DNA of 64,000 nucleotides from Gemmatales bacterium (GTDB taxonomy: Bacteria; Planctomycetota; Planctomycetia; Gemmatales; HRBIN36). The stretch spans positions 3,646,660 to 3,710,659 of the forward strand of contig JAXMBC010000001.1 of NCBI GenBank assembly GCA_046350055.1, given 5' to 3'. The position numbers and the translations under genes are program-made. Numbering within the stretch: position 1 is the first letter of the stretch; the number at the start of each line of letters is the position of its first letter. Positions 39,750 to 49,245 of this stretch are shown here, one piece after another. The notes under the pieces are model-generated. The model had not been told where the DNA came from. It did not search any database and saw only the letters and a list, made by a program, of their open reading frames with translations.

Positions 39750-39989
39750 TTATTCGCCCACGTAGGGGAGCAGGGCCATTACGCGGGCTCGCTTGATAGC
39801 CTGGCCAACGGCACGCTGGAATGTGGCACAGATTCCTGATCGCTTGCGGCCAAACATGCGGCCCTGGGCGGTGCATAGCTTCTTCAAGCCGCTGATATCC
39901 TTGTAATCGACGAACGCGGGACGGGGACAACCCTGCGGGGTACAAAACCGACACTTCTGCTTAGGCAGCGGCATGCGTTTCTTAGCCAT
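39750..39989 (-). CDS. rpsR: 30S ribosomal protein bS18 (Cys-rich form)
   Basis: FVDYKDISGLKKL....RKRSGICATFQRAVGQAIKRARVMALLPY matches the S18 core. The N-terminus has KCRFCTPQGC. Confidence 0.85.
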   Translation of the reverse strand: MAKKRMPLPKQKCRFCTPQGCPRPAFVDYKDISGLKKLCTAQGRMFGRKRSGICATFQRAVGQAIKRARVMALLPYVGE

Positions 39990-40093
39990 GACGAACGCTT
40001 ACTCCAATTTCAAGGGAAAAGGAAGTATAGGAAGCAGGCATGGGCTGGCAAGGGTTTATTACCACGAAGTGTCAGGCACAGTGTACTGATGAA

Positions 40094-41602
40094 TCATTCA
40101 GATTCTGTGTGCTGCTTCGGTTCAGGAAGCCAGAAGCTGACGATTACTGCCAACAGGCAGAATACCGCAGCTGTGATTCCAGCGGCATGGGCTGTCAATT
40201 GCGGTGGCGAGAAGCCCTTTAGAAAACTGGAAACCAGCGGAAGGATAATCAGAAGTGCCAGTGGGTTCCCGCTGGTACCCAGCATGCGGCCACCGACATT
40301 TGCTGCAAAACTCTCTCCGGTACCTCGCAGCTTCACTGGATAGACCAGAGGTAGATAGTTACCCCAGAAGCTGAACTGGCCCACAACAAAAAAGGCAGCT
40401 ACAAAGATGCCAATTTGTGTTCCCAGTAAACTCCACTCACCTGCCCGGCCACTTGAGAAGTATAGGAACACTAACGGTGTGACAATCATGGCAGGGATTT
40501 GAAATATTCGTAGTAGTGTTTGCCTGCTGATAACTACTACTGCCAGATAGGCTAATGCGAATCGCCCCACTAGCCCACCCAGTTCCTGCCACAACTGCAC
40601 TCGAGAAATAGTGGCCTGAGTTCGTTTGTTAATCTCACTTGCTTTTACCTTGAGTCCTGCCACATCCTTGACATCGTGCTTCTTCAAACTGGCTTCGATT
40701 TCGGCAGGCTTGGCATCAGGTTTTTTGGCTGCCTCGTATGCCGCCCGGAGTGGTGATAGCTGTTTGGCGTCAGTGACAAGCCCAGGAACAATTTGAGGAA
40801 GTAGTTGAATAGCACCGAAAGCAATGCCATAGCCACACATCATCAAAATGGTGGAGACAATTGTCGTCCGTCGCAATTCCGGGGAAAATAACAGACCAAA
40901 GCTGGGGCGAGTGATCGTACCCGATTTTCGCTTCGCTTCCCAGGCCGGAGATTCCGGCAGAAACGGGCGGATGATGATCAGCGGGATCGCGGGGATCACA
41001 CCTGAGATAAGAGTATATCGCCAGGCTTGATGTTCACCCTGAATGGCCGGCAAGCTATCTGCGAATTGAGTACACAGCCAATACGCTCCCGTTACAAGCA
41101 GTCCTCCAATGGACGAAAATGCCTGCGTATAACCCAGCACAGCTTCTCGCTGCCTGGGATGATCAAACAACTCCGCCAGCCAGGCCGTTGCTGCGACGAA
41201 CTCTACACACACACCGATAAATGTCAGGCAGCGTAAAACCAGCAGCATCTCAGCGGATTGAGCAAAGCCAGACGCAAGGGCTGAGAAAGCATAGAGCAAG
41301 ATGCTGTAGGTCAAGACACGGCGACGACCGAACCAGTCTGTCAGGTAGCCTCCGAGCAGCCCGAAGATGCCACCGCACAGAGCACTGGCGTACATGATGT
41401 AGCTGAACCAGTCGAGGATCAGTCGATTACCGGATTCAGTGAATGGATCGACGCTGAGCAACTGTGCAAGTGCAGGACGGCCAACCAGTGGCCAGACAAG
41501 GAGCTCATAGATGTCGAAAGCGAACCCAATGGCGGCGATGATCATGATCAGCCATTGGGTTCTCGTGAACGGAGGAGCTTTGGCGTCAGACATTACAGGC
41601 AC
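40094..41602 (-). CDS. MFS transporter
   Basis: About 12 TM helices, with DWFGRRRVL (MFS motif A-like) between TM2 and TM3 and a long central cytoplasmic loop. Confidence 0.75.
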   Translation of the reverse strand: MPVMSDAKAPPFTRTQWLIMIIAAIGFAFDIYELLVWPLVGRPALAQLLSVDPFTESGNRLILDWFSYIMYASALCGGIFGLLGGYLTDWFGRRRVLTYSILLYAFSALASGFAQSAEMLLVLRCLTFIGVCVEFVAATAWLAELFDHPRQREAVLGYTQAFSSIGGLLVTGAYWLCTQFADSLPAIQGEHQAWRYTLISGVIPAIPLIIIRPFLPESPAWEAKRKSGTITRPSFGLLFSPELRRTTIVSTILMMCGYGIAFGAIQLLPQIVPGLVTDAKQLSPLRAAYEAAKKPDAKPAEIEASLKKHDVKDVAGLKVKASEINKRTQATISRVQLWQELGGLVGRFALAYLAVVVISRQTLLRIFQIPAMIVTPLVFLYFSSGRAGEWSLLGTQIGIFVAAFFVVGQFSFWGNYLPLVYPVKLRGTGESFAANVGGRMLGTSGNPLALLIILPLVSSFLKGFSPPQLTAHAAGITAAVFCLLAVIVSFWLPEPKQHTESE

Positions 41603-41718
41603 CTGCGGCAGGCGTGAAAAAGATAAGATATGGATTGAAAGTAGACGCGGCGTCTCACCACGTCATCAACTCACCGTCTTAATGCAACTGCAAACGCAAG
41701 GTGCGATGTATACCGTGA

Positions 41719-43296
41719 CTATTTCAGCCTTGCTCCAATTTCCTTGAGGGCTGAACGTTTCCATTCACTATCTGGCAGGTCCTGGTAGAGCTTCTGCATT
41801 TCAATCAGTCTCACTTTCAGGGCTGAAGGATCCAGGTCGCCTAAGCTTTTAATGACGGTTTCCAGCTTGAAGGTCGTTTGCCCGTCGCTTTGCTTGAGAG
41901 CTTCTTCTGCTAAACGAACCCATGCACTGTTTGCCGAAGTGTCTTTAAATGTGGCTACCAGATTTTTCCAAGTCGTGCGTGCTTCCTCAACCTGGCCGTT
42001 GTAGTAGGCCAGCACCCCGCGCCTATAGAACCGCTCTGCTTCACTGCTGGGTGCTGTGAATGTGAACGGTCCGCTGGTGACTTTTGCCTGTGTATACGAT
42101 TTGATGCTTTGGATGCGTGACTTCAACTCTGTTCGCTCATCCTCAGTGACTGCTGCAGGATGGTGTTTTTGCAATGCATCGAACTTTATCTGCGCAGCAT
42201 TCCAGTCGTTTTCATTTAACATCTGCTGAATGCTGCTCTTCAGTGATTCCACGGAGGGTGGCTGACGCAACCAGTACCACAGCCCCGCCACGCCTGCCAT
42301 TGCTGCAAGAAGCACCATGGCTTGCAACGCAGGAAACGCAGGTCGCTCACGGCGTATTTTCTCACGCAACAGATTCAGGTCGCTGTCGCTCTTCGGGTCT
42401 GGATCAATCTCCATGACTTTGGTCGCTGGCGATACAGGTTTGGGCGTATACTGCTTCTGCCTGTCAAATTTACGCTTGAGCCTGTTAAGCGCATCTTCTA
42501 CTGCCAGGGCGTTGGCAGGTCGCTTGTCCGGGTCTTTCTCCAGCAACGAAGCAATCAGTTCATCAAAATCATGAGGGATGCTTTCCACCAGGCGGGAAGG
42601 CAATTCAAACTGTGCATAACGATGTTTGTGCAATAACTCTGCTGCGGAATTTGCCTCGAAGGGCAACCGTCCGGTGAGGAGTTCATACAGAATGATCCCG
42701 AGTGAATAGAGATCACTCTTTCGAGTGGCTTGTTTGCCAGCTGCCTGTTCCGGGGAAACATAGCTGGCGGTGCCGATAATAGCATTTTCTTTTGTCAGCC
42801 GGTCTTCATGCAGAATTCGAGCGATGCCGAAGTCAGTAAGTTTGACGTGTCGTTCCCAGGAAGCCAGCAGATTGGCAGGTTTGAGATCACGATGGATGAC
42901 TTCCTGTCGATGGGCAAATCGTAACGCGCTGGCGACCATTTGCCCTATGACGACTACTTCTTCCCAGGCGAGCTTGCCCCGTTGTTCCAGCACCCTGTCG
43001 AGTGACAAGCCATCGACATATTCCATGATGAGATACGGACGCCCCTGGAATTCGCCACTTTCATAGAGTTGCACGATGTGGTCATGCTTCAAGGCTCGGA
43101 GGATGTCTGCTTCCCGATGAAAGCGATCAAGGAGTGTTTCGCAGTTGTCAAGATCCGCAAGCCGTAGAAGCTTGATTGCTGCTCGTGATGGCTTGCCGTT
43201 AAACTGAGATTCAGCCTCAGCTAGATAGACATCGGCCATGCCTCCCTGGCTGATCTTGCGCGTGATTGTCCACTTGCCGATCTGTTCACCAATCAT
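41719..43296 (-). CDS. membrane Ser/Thr protein kinase (single kinase domain, TM, helical C-terminal domain)
   Basis: AAIKLL, HRDLKPANLL, DFGIARIL, SPEQ. TM helix AFPALQAMVLLAAMAGVAGLWYWL. Confidence 0.85.
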   Translation of the reverse strand: MIGEQIGKWTITRKISQGGMADVYLAEAESQFNGKPSRAAIKLLRLADLDNCETLLDRFHREADILRALKHDHIVQLYESGEFQGRPYLIMEYVDGLSLDRVLEQRGKLAWEEVVVIGQMVASALRFAHRQEVIHRDLKPANLLASWERHVKLTDFGIARILHEDRLTKENAIIGTASYVSPEQAAGKQATRKSDLYSLGIILYELLTGRLPFEANSAAELLHKHRYAQFELPSRLVESIPHDFDELIASLLEKDPDKRPANALAVEDALNRLKRKFDRQKQYTPKPVSPATKVMEIDPDPKSDSDLNLLREKIRRERPAFPALQAMVLLAAMAGVAGLWYWLRQPPSVESLKSSIQQMLNENDWNAAQIKFDALQKHHPAAVTEDERTELKSRIQSIKSYTQAKVTSGPFTFTAPSSEAERFYRRGVLAYYNGQVEEARTTWKNLVATFKDTSANSAWVRLAEEALKQSDGQTTFKLETVIKSLGDLDPSALKVRLIEMQKLYQDLPDSEWKRSALKEIGARLK

Positions 43297-43377
43297 GGAG
43301 ACTCCTGCAACGGTACCTACAGGTTACTCCAGCTTCGTGTGTGTCTCAAGCAGTTGAATGAGATTTCATGCATTGCC

Positions 43378-43407
43378 TTGACGAATCTGCTGACACAGTC
43401 GGATACT
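43378..43407 (+). promoter_or_regulatory. candidate sigma70-type promoter for the TPR gene
   Basis: TTGACG (43378-43383), an 18-nt spacer, then GATACT (43402-43407). This is a hexamer match only. Confidence 0.2.
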
Positions 43408-43538
43408 CTCCAGCTCATCTTGCACTATGAAATCCCTTTCACACCGTTTGCCCCGGGAAACTTCCCCTTGGCAGACCCACGCTGCTTGGCATACGATACA
43501 TGAGTAGGATGCGAACCGCACATCTTGAGGGAGTACCA

Positions 43539-44750
43539 ATGAAACGTCATTTCACCTGGCTCGGCGCTCTGATTGCAGTATTCGTCGTGCTGTCGGCAGG
43601 TTATGCGCAGGAGAAGAGCACGGAAGATCTGCAAAAGGAAGCACTGGCTCTTAATTCCATCCGTAGCGAAGATGCCATTAAGAAGAAACTGCAGGAACTG
43701 CAGGAAGACAAAAAGCATGCTCGCAAGCTGGTTAAAGCCGCTGCGGAACTGCTCCCCAAGAAAGACGAGAACACTTTCACCTACAGCGGCGCACATATCC
43801 TTGGTACCATTGCCAGCGATGTTCGTGAATACAAAACTGCAATAGAGTTTCTGCTCATCGCCATTGAAAAGGCCAATAAGGTCAAAAGTATCCGTAAGCT
43901 CTACTGGAACCGTATAACGCTAGTTGAAACGTACCTTGCCGATAATCGGCCCGCTGACGCTGAGAAGGTCATTCGCAAGATTCTCGACAATATCCCCCCG
44001 AACATTGAAGATGAGGAAGATGCCCAGACCGTCGGCACGACACGCTTCCTCGCCATGATGGACCTGTCGCGTGCCTTGTTGCAACAGGGTAAGTTCGAAA
44101 ACTCTCTCAAGCAGATTGAAAAGCTCTACAAGATGATCGAGGATGGCCAGTATGGCCCTGGAGCCAAGCCATTCATCCAACGGCTTCATGCTCAATACCA
44201 CACGTACAAAGGCGACTTGAAAGACGCCATCAAGCTCTATGAGCAGATCATGGAGAATGAAGAGAAAGATACTTCCAAGGATCAGTATCAGGAGGTGATC
44301 GGCAATCTCGAAGCAGACGCTGGTAACGTTGATAAGGCCTATGAAATCCTTTCTGGCCTGCTCAAGAAGAAACCAGATGCACCTGGACTCAATAACGACC
44401 TGGGTTACATCCTTGCATCTCATGATCGCAAGCTGGACGAAGCCGAGCGCATGATCAAAAAAGCTGTGGAGGCTGAACCAGAAAACTCCTCATTCCTCGA
44501 CAGCATGGCCTGGGTGCTCTACAAGCAGAAGAAATACAAGGAAGCAAAGGTGTACATGCTCAGAGCCGTAGCTCAGGAGCGGGGCAAGAACACGGAACTG
44601 ATGGAACACCTGGGGGATATCCATCTGGCTCTTGGCGAAAAGGATGACGCGAAGAAGGCTTACAAGGCATCTCTTGATGCTGTGACGTTTAATTATAAAG
44701 ACCAGGCTCGCAAGCCCGAAATCGAGAAGAAGCTGAAAAGCCTCGAGTAA
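43539..44750 (+). CDS. secreted TPR-repeat protein
   Basis: Signal MKRHFTWLGALIAVFVVLSAGYA, with multiple TPRs (e.g. KAYEILSGLLKKKPDAPGLNNDLGYIL, EAKVYMLRAVAQE). The start is set at ATG 43539 after GAGGGA. Confidence 0.75.
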   Translation: MKRHFTWLGALIAVFVVLSAGYAQEKSTEDLQKEALALNSIRSEDAIKKKLQELQEDKKHARKLVKAAAELLPKKDENTFTYSGAHILGTIASDVREYKTAIEFLLIAIEKANKVKSIRKLYWNRITLVETYLADNRPADAEKVIRKILDNIPPNIEDEEDAQTVGTTRFLAMMDLSRALLQQGKFENSLKQIEKLYKMIEDGQYGPGAKPFIQRLHAQYHTYKGDLKDAIKLYEQIMENEEKDTSKDQYQEVIGNLEADAGNVDKAYEILSGLLKKKPDAPGLNNDLGYILASHDRKLDEAERMIKKAVEAEPENSSFLDSMAWVLYKQKKYKEAKVYMLRAVAQERGKNTELMEHLGDIHLALGEKDDAKKAYKASLDAVTFNYKDQARKPEIEKKLKSLE

Positions 44751-44775
44751 CCAAAGTCGGGAATAGAATACTTCA

Positions 44776-44815
44776 CAGGGCTGTGCTGTTCGTGGCACAG
44801 CCCTGTTGTATTTTA
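44776..44815 (+). terminator. rho-independent terminator after the TPR gene
   Basis: 11-bp stem CAGGGCTGTGC (44776-44786) / GCACAGCCCTG (44795-44805), followed by TTGTATTTTA. Confidence 0.8.
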
Positions 44816-44845
44816 CAGGTATTGTTCTTATCTGGTGTAATGCAC

Positions 44846-45607
44846 ATGACCAAGCTTTTCGATCTCACTGGGAAGGTTGCACTTATTACTGGGGGCAGCA
44901 AGGGGCTGGGTAAGGCCATGGCTCGTGGACTGGCTGAAGCTGGGGCAGACATTGCCATCAGCAGTCGTCATCAAACAGAACTTGATGCAGCTTTGCCTGA
45001 GATTCTTGCAGGCACCGGGCGTCGCGGTGTAGCGTTCGTTGCTGATCTCAGCCAGCGAAGCGAATCAATCCGATTGGCAAACGACGTTATCAAGCACTTT
45101 GGCAAAGTCGACATCCTCGTCAATAACGCTGGTTCCAATATCGTCTCGCCAATTGATGCCATCAAGGATGCTGACTGGGATTATATCCTGGAACTCAATC
45201 TGTCATCTGCGATGGCGTTGACACGTGCAGTAGTACCGGGAATGAAGGAACGCCGTTGGGGACGGATCATCCACATCTCTTCCACCTTTGGATTTGTGTC
45301 GAAAGAAAAACGCAACGTTTATTCAGCTACCAAATCAGGCTTGCTGGGTATGACACGAGCCAGTTCCATGGACGTCGGGCCGTTCGGAATCACTGTCAAT
45401 TGCATCGCACCAGGACCATTCCTGACCGATCTGCCGATGAGCCTGTTGAACGATGCAGAAAAGAAGGCTTTCAGTGATCACACTTCGCTGGGTCGTTGGG
45501 GGCAACCTGAGGAGTTGCAGGGCCCAGTAGTTTTCCTGGCCAGCGATGCCGCCGCCTACGTCACAGGAACCTGCATTGTAGTGGATGGCGGATACCTGAC
45601 GAAGTAA
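44846..45607 (+). CDS. SDR-family oxidoreductase (gluconate 5-dehydrogenase / FabG-like)
   Basis: TGGSKGLG cofactor motif, NNAG, and a catalytic YSATKSG (YxxxK). The start is set at ATG 44846, downstream of the terminator. Confidence 0.8.
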   Translation: MTKLFDLTGKVALITGGSKGLGKAMARGLAEAGADIAISSRHQTELDAALPEILAGTGRRGVAFVADLSQRSESIRLANDVIKHFGKVDILVNNAGSNIVSPIDAIKDADWDYILELNLSSAMALTRAVVPGMKERRWGRIIHISSTFGFVSKEKRNVYSATKSGLLGMTRASSMDVGPFGITVNCIAPGPFLTDLPMSLLNDAEKKAFSDHTSLGRWGQPEELQGPVVFLASDAAAYVTGTCIVVDGGYLTK

Positions 45608-45862
45608 CTATCGTTCTGGCGTGATCTCGATGTAAGCCACTTCAGGCACCAGTTCAATGAGCTGTCGTTCTATGCCCATAATCAGCGACATGGCTGTGCT
45701 GGGGCATGATTGACAGGCACCTTGCAGTTGCACCGCCACCACGCCATCGGTGTCCACGCCACCAAACTTCAATTCGAGCCCTGCCTCACGCATAGCTGGG
45801 ATAAGCGAGGTCTGAAAGGCTTCAGCGATTCGGTCGTGCAGGTTGGCGCCGGATGTAGTCAT
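45608..45862 (-). CDS. NifU C-terminal (Nfu-type) Fe-S cluster scaffold domain protein
   Basis: VAVQLQGACQSCPSTAMSL (CxxC Nfu motif). Length is 84 aa. Confidence 0.75.
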   Translation of the reverse strand: MTTSGANLHDRIAEAFQTSLIPAMREAGLELKFGGVDTDGVVAVQLQGACQSCPSTAMSLIMGIERQLIELVPEVAYIEITPER

Positions 45863-46784
45863 GATAAACCTGTTCTGTCTGCTTCAAGTCGCTGTCAAGT
45901 TGTTTTTGCAATTCCAGGACGGAGCTGAAGCGGGTGGTATCGCGGAGCCTGGAAAGAAAGCGCAGAGTCAATGACTGATCATACACCTCTTCAGCAAGAC
46001 CCAGCAGATGTGCTTCCACCTTGCGTGCGTCGATGCTAAAAGTAGGGTTTGGTCCAATATTCACGGCGCCTGCAAATAGCCTGTCGCCCAGGACCGCTTC
46101 TGCAGCATACACTCCGGTGGCCGGTACAAGAGTAGCTATCTCAGCCAGGTTGCACGTGGGAAAGCCAATGGTGCGACCACGATGATCTCCATGAACTATC
46201 TTACCTGTCACTGAATATGGACGCCCCAGGCCGAGACGGGCAGCTTCGACGTCGCCCCGCTTGATGGCTTCGCGTATGGTGGAACTGGAAATACGCATTC
46301 TTCGCCGGTACACATCATCCACAACTTCACAGGGCAGTTGTTCCTTATGACACCAGTGCTGAAGTTGTGTGATTGTACCTTGCCTGTCCTTGCCAAAGCA
46401 GAAGTTCCTGCCTTCCACAATGCCTTTTAGCTCCAGCTGTTCCAGCAGCAATTCCTTGAAGAATGCGTTCGCACTTACCTCAAGGAGAGCCCTGCTAGCC
46501 TGCAGGACTAGTATACGATCAGTGCCGAGCGCTGCGATGTCTGCAACACGCTGTTGCAGCGTGGCAAGTGGTTCTGCCAGCAGATGAGGCCGCAGTATGG
46601 CAGTTGGTGGTGGATCAAACGTGATAGCCATCGCTGGACGCTGGAGTTGTTTCTTGAGGTGGAGCAGACGGCGAATCAGGGCACGATGTCCTCGATGCAC
46701 TCCATCGAAGTTACCGATTGTCAGAACGTGGCTCTTGAGCTGTGGTGGGGCAGTGGACAGACCGTCCCAATAAACGACATTCAT
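45822..46784 (-). CDS. ribF: bifunctional riboflavin kinase / FMN adenylyltransferase
   Basis: LTIGNFDGVHRGHRALI (FAD synthetase N-domain) and GFPTCNL..GVYA..GPNPTF..VEAHLL (riboflavin kinase domain). Confidence 0.9.
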   Translation of the reverse strand: MNVVYWDGLSTAPPQLKSHVLTIGNFDGVHRGHRALIRRLLHLKKQLQRPAMAITFDPPPTAILRPHLLAEPLATLQQRVADIAALGTDRILVLQASRALLEVSANAFFKELLLEQLELKGIVEGRNFCFGKDRQGTITQLQHWCHKEQLPCEVVDDVYRRRMRISSSTIREAIKRGDVEAARLGLGRPYSVTGKIVHGDHRGRTIGFPTCNLAEIATLVPATGVYAAEAVLGDRLFAGAVNIGPNPTFSIDARKVEAHLLGLAEEVYDQSLTLRFLSRLRDTTRFSSVLELQKQLDSDLKQTEQVYHDYIRRQPARPNR

Positions 46785-47050
46785 CCTAGTAATGTACGAT
46801 TCATGAACCGAAAGCGTAATCAGCGTTCAAATTGCCATAACTCAGCTGTCAACGCTGTATATCACCTATCTTGCCAGAGGGGTAACAATCACCTGGACTT
46901 CCTTCCCTGCCCGAACAATCGTAGTTACGCGATCTTTCGGAGGAATCGTTAATCTCGCTACGTCTCCCCATCCGATCAACAATGAGGAGTGCCCACGGCT
47001 GGCAATTGCGCATTAAGCAATTCAGGCACGAGACTGCAAGGAAGCCAACT

Positions 47051-47746
47051 ATGCGGGTGAGACGTTCATCAGTGTTGCTGGCAGCGGGATTGCTCACTGT
47101 GGTCGCACAGACAGGGTGTGAGCCTGCCCGCGCCCTAACGACCAACCTGATAGTAAACCCTCTTAAGTGGGATTACTATTCCGATGGTGTGGGCCGGCAT
47201 ATTCGTGATAGCAGCCTCGCCGATGAAGCCTGGGAAGAGATTTGTGCTCGTGATGGCGATGTCTATTCACGTCACTATCGTCGTGGGTTTCACGAAGGAT
47301 TTCGCGACTATCTGAACATGGGCGGAACTGGTGATCCACCAACACTGCCACCACGCTCCTATTGGCGCATCTACTATCAGACCCCCGAAGGCCACGATGC
47401 TATTCAAGATTGGTTTGAAGGCTTTCGTCATGGGACGAGTGTTGCCAAGGCCAGTGGTGTCCGCGGCTACGTGACAGTCCCACTTTCCTCTCTGCCCCCT
47501 TCAGAAACGGTTACACAGGAATCTGATGAGCCCCCTCGTGCCCCTGAGAAAGACAAGGAACCGAAGAAAGTTCCTGATCCAGGCACGACCAAACCTCCTG
47601 AAAAGGAAGGACCGGTGAAGCCACCTGTCGTCACTCCGCCCAAGACGGCGGATGGACGCCCCATGCCTCCACCTGTGCCACCTATTATTCAGGTCGAACG
47701 CATGATCGCTCCTCCGATTCCAAGTAGACAGACACCGCCACGCTAA
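47051..47746 (+). CDS. hypothetical lipoprotein with Pro-rich C-terminus, upstream of the Wza-like gene
   Basis: Lipobox MRVRRSSVLLAAGLLTVVAQTGC (ATG 47051). I recognise no family. Confidence 0.5.
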   Translation: MRVRRSSVLLAAGLLTVVAQTGCEPARALTTNLIVNPLKWDYYSDGVGRHIRDSSLADEAWEEICARDGDVYSRHYRRGFHEGFRDYLNMGGTGDPPTLPPRSYWRIYYQTPEGHDAIQDWFEGFRHGTSVAKASGVRGYVTVPLSSLPPSETVTQESDEPPRAPEKDKEPKKVPDPGTTKPPEKEGPVKPPVVTPPKTADGRPMPPPVPPIIQVERMIAPPIPSRQTPPR

Positions 47747-47796
47747 CCATCGCAGCCACTTCTGATTAGCCAGACCAGCTGATGGAGTAAGAGACG

Positions 47797-49167
47797 ATGA
47801 GCAGGACTAGTATGACTCAGGAAAACACTTCGCCCCGCCATCTTGGGCGAACTGGTTCGATGGTGGTTTGTCTGACGATCTGTTTCCTTTGCGTCACGGT
47901 AGGGTGTGCCTCGTTAACAAATCCGACGGGTAACGCAATCCCTGTGAATCGTCTGCCACCGGAAATACTGGGTGAGAGTCGAGAGGATGCAGTTACAATT
48001 CCCGAGAAGTTCCTGAAGCCACCCAAACAGGATCCGTACCTCCTTGCTCCCAATGACGTGTTGGGTGTTTACATCAAGAACATTACGGGTGATGAAAAAT
48101 CGCCTCCACCTGTCGTTGCGGTGCCTGAAAGCGGTTTGCCACCTGCCATTGGCTATCCCTTCGTCATCCGTGAAGACGGTACCATTTCACTTCCTCTGGC
48201 TGTCGAACCAATCAAGGTGGCAGGCATGAGCCTGACGCAGGCTGAGAAAGAAGTGAAACGGATGTATGTGGATGTCTGGCAGATCCTCAAACCGGAGAAT
48301 GCCAATGTCATCGTGACTTTGCAGAAACAACACACCAATGCCATCTATGTGTTACGCCAGGATTCTGGTGCTGTCTCCTTTGGTGGTGGCAGTCTCAACA
48401 ACACCAAGCGTGGAACCGGCGTGGTCCTGGACCTCAGTTATAATCAAAGTGATGTGGCTACAGCCCTCAACCGCACGGGTGGATTACCCGGCCTGGATGC
48501 CCGAAATGAAGTGCTCATTTTCCGTGGTGCCTACCGTCCTGATAAGGATGGCCAACTCACCATGCCCGACCTCAAACAGATCAAGCTCGGACGCACCGTT
48601 CTGACACGTGATAATGAAGGTAATGCTGGTCTGGAAGTGGTCCGTGTCCCGCTTCGCCTGAAGCCAGGCACCAAGGTGCCATTCAAGCCGGAAGACATGC
48701 GACTCAACGATGGAGATGCCATATTCATCGAAACCCGTGAAACTGAACTCTACTACACAGGTGGTCTACTGCCACCACATGAATTGCAATTACCTCGGGA
48801 CTATGATCTCGATGTGCTGGAAGCTGTCGCCCAGGCCCAAGGCCCGCTCTTCAATGGTGGCCAGTCTTCCGCAAACTTCGGTGGTCAGTTTGTCAGCTCT
48901 GGACTCGGAAGCCCGAATCCCTCGTGCCTAACGGTCGTTCGCCGCTGGCCGGAAGGCAAGAGCATCGTGTTCCGTGTTGATCTGGCGAAGGCATTGGTCG
49001 ATCCAAGAGAACGCATATTGGTAAAGCCTGGTGACTTCCTGATCCTGCAGGAAACCTATGGTGAAAGCATTGGCCGATATATGACCCAGACATTCAGTCT
49101 CAACTACTTCAGTAGCATTCTGAATAACGGTGTCTCGTCGATCAGCTTTACTGGCCGCACGCCATAG
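47797..49167 (+). CDS. polysaccharide export protein (Wza-like, Poly_export + SLBB domains)
   Basis: Lipobox LCVTVGC, APNDVLGVYI (Poly_export PxDxL-type motif), and SLBB-like LNDGDAIFI and VKPGDFLIL. Confidence 0.7.
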   Translation: MSRTSMTQENTSPRHLGRTGSMVVCLTICFLCVTVGCASLTNPTGNAIPVNRLPPEILGESREDAVTIPEKFLKPPKQDPYLLAPNDVLGVYIKNITGDEKSPPPVVAVPESGLPPAIGYPFVIREDGTISLPLAVEPIKVAGMSLTQAEKEVKRMYVDVWQILKPENANVIVTLQKQHTNAIYVLRQDSGAVSFGGGSLNNTKRGTGVVLDLSYNQSDVATALNRTGGLPGLDARNEVLIFRGAYRPDKDGQLTMPDLKQIKLGRTVLTRDNEGNAGLEVVRVPLRLKPGTKVPFKPEDMRLNDGDAIFIETRETELYYTGGLLPPHELQLPRDYDLDVLEAVAQAQGPLFNGGQSSANFGGQFVSSGLGSPNPSCLTVVRRWPEGKSIVFRVDLAKALVDPRERILVKPGDFLILQETYGESIGRYMTQTFSLNYFSSILNNGVSSISFTGRTP

Positions 49168-49209
49168 TAATCAGTGCATGACAACATAATGATAGCTCGG
49201 AATAACTGA

Positions 49210-49240
49210 AAGGAGGTTGTACTGTAAGTACAGCCTCCTT
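49210..49240. terminator. bidirectional terminator hairpin between convergent genes
   Basis: 13-bp stem AAGGAGGTTGTAC (49210-49222) / GTACAGCCTCCTT (49228-49240) with one G-U pair and loop TGTAA. Confidence 0.7.
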
Positions 49241-49245
49241 GTCTG

